A stretch of DNA of 64,000 bases, from assembly GCF_009914755.1 (NCBI RefSeq), contig NC_060944.1. One strand, written 5' to 3'. This stretch comes from the human T2T-CHM13v2.0 reference genome, Homo sapiens. Below, piece after piece: positions 62,522 to 64,000 of this stretch. The notes beneath the pieces were generated by a model. That model ran no database searches and had not been told where the DNA came from. It worked only from the letters and a program-made list of their open reading frames with translations. The position numbers were made by a program, and so were the translations under genes. Each line of letters opens with the position of its first letter. Within the stretch, counting starts at the first letter, position 1.

Positions 62522-62815
62522 GGCTGGGTGTGGTGGCTCACGCTTGTAATCCCAGCCCTTTGGGAGGCTGAGGCAGGAGGATCACTTGAGCTGAGGAGTT
62601 CGAGACCAGCCTGGACAACATGGCAAAATGCCATCTCTACAAAAATACAAAAAAAATTAGCTGGGCATGGTGGTGCGCACCTGTACTCCCAGCTACTTAG
62701 GAGGCTGAGGTGGGAGGATTGCTTGAGCCCTGGAGGTTGAGGCTGCAGTGAGCTTGATCACACCACTGTACTCCAGCCTGGGTGAGAGAGGGACCTTGTC
62801 TCAAAAAGAAAAAAA
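62522..62815 (+). mobile_element. AluJ, followed by an antisense L1M fragment (about 62816-63110)
   Basis: Dimer with ggattgcttgagccc; followed by atacctaggagtagaattgctgggtca. Confidence 0.9.
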
Positions 62816-64000
62816 TACTATTCCATTGTATGGAATTTTGTTTATCTATTCATTAGTTGATGGAAATTTGGGTATTACTTTAGAGATATCGCGACTAATG
62901 CTATAAAAACATTCATATGCAAAGTTCTGTGTGGACATATATGTTCATTCCTCTTAAATATATACCTAGGAGTAGAATTGCTGGGTCAGATGGTAATGCT
63001 GTTTAACTTTTTAAGGACCTGTCAGTCTGTTTTCCACAGTGCTGTGCCATCTTACGTTCCCACCAGCAGGGCCCGAGGGCTCTGATTTCCACGCGTCTTC
63101 ACACGGTTGTCCAACCCCTCCTCTTCTTGAATGGGCCAAGAGTGATACTTTCTATCTGGGGAAGAGCAAGGGGCTGGCTCCTGGGACCTGAGGCTTGGTC
63201 CTGGGGATGTGACTTTGAGGGAAGCCCGTGTCTTTCTGGTCCACCAGGGTGAGTCATCACCCAGGATCCCGGGGGAGCTGCCTGGCAGAGGGGCGGGCTG
63301 CACCAGCCACTGCCGAAACCACCATGCAACTTGACTGAGTCTCCACCCTCAGCTCCAGGCAGCCGGGCTTCCCTGGGAGCAGCTATTTCTGGCTATTTCT
63401 GCTCCAGGGAGGAGCAGTGGTGGGTGGAAAGGTTTCAATTGCTCAGTGGGGTGATTTTTGGAAGCGCAGTGCCTTGGGGGCACAGGACAGCTTTGACTTG
63501 GGAGGAGAGCAGAGGGGCTGCTCTGAGAGTGCTGGCCCTTTGGCGTTATCAGAGCAGAGGGCTGGGCACACAGCAGTCCTGACAGCACCTTGAAGAGGGG
63601 GAAATAAGTCAGTGCGGACTGGGCTGTTCATGCAGGAGGTGCAACCCAGTGGGCGGGATGTGGCGACATGAGGCAGGCCACCAGGGTGCTTGGAAGCAGG
63701 GGCAGGCTGGGGTCTACCTACAATGGAGATGCAGCAGGGAGACCGACAGAGGTGGCGCTGGACCTCAGGCTCAGTGTTCACTTCTGTGCCTCAGTGACTT
63801 CATTTGCAAATATAGTAACCACAAAGGCTGCAGCAATGCCTGTTGGCAACTGTCTTCTCTATCACATGATGTTCTGGAACACTGACCTTTATTGGCAATG
63901 TTCTTGACCTTTCTCTTAGCTTTTTGCCATCCCTGTGGGCTCTCTTCATGATAACATCTGTGTCCATCCTGTTCTTCTCTCCGCTGTATATGCTTCCTTC

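Overview
Primate genomic DNA, very probably human, lying entirely inside the PPP1R16B (TIMAP, PP1 regulatory subunit 16B) gene on the + strand. It covers the end of a long upstream intron, one coding exon and about 45 kb of the next intron. The exon spans 17937-18287, with ATG at 18038, and encodes the N-terminal 83 aa carrying MyPhoNE, basic NLS-like and KVSF PP1-docking motifs. The rest is mostly interspersed repeats (more than 30 Alus, L1, L2, MIR, L3/CR1, MLT1 LTRs, hAT/MER DNA transposons), microsatellites and a tailless 7SL retropseudogene. Nearly all other ORFs in the track are repeat-derived or chance. No prokaryote-like novel system is present. The best lead is the architecture of the coding exon. 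It is 351 nt (a multiple of 3), carries an in-frame uORF, and is bracketed by + Alus upstream and - Alus downstream. Back-splicing would therefore give a circRNA whose main ORF crosses the junction and ends at the uORF stop, a predicted 105-aa PP1-binding peptide without ankyrin repeats or CAAX. Other leads are a probable Gypsy RT fossil, a locally templated insertion, a local duplication with a candidate cryptic exon, a candidate poison exon and a perfect CNC-sMaf element. Repeat subfamily names and boundaries were assigned by eye and are approximate.
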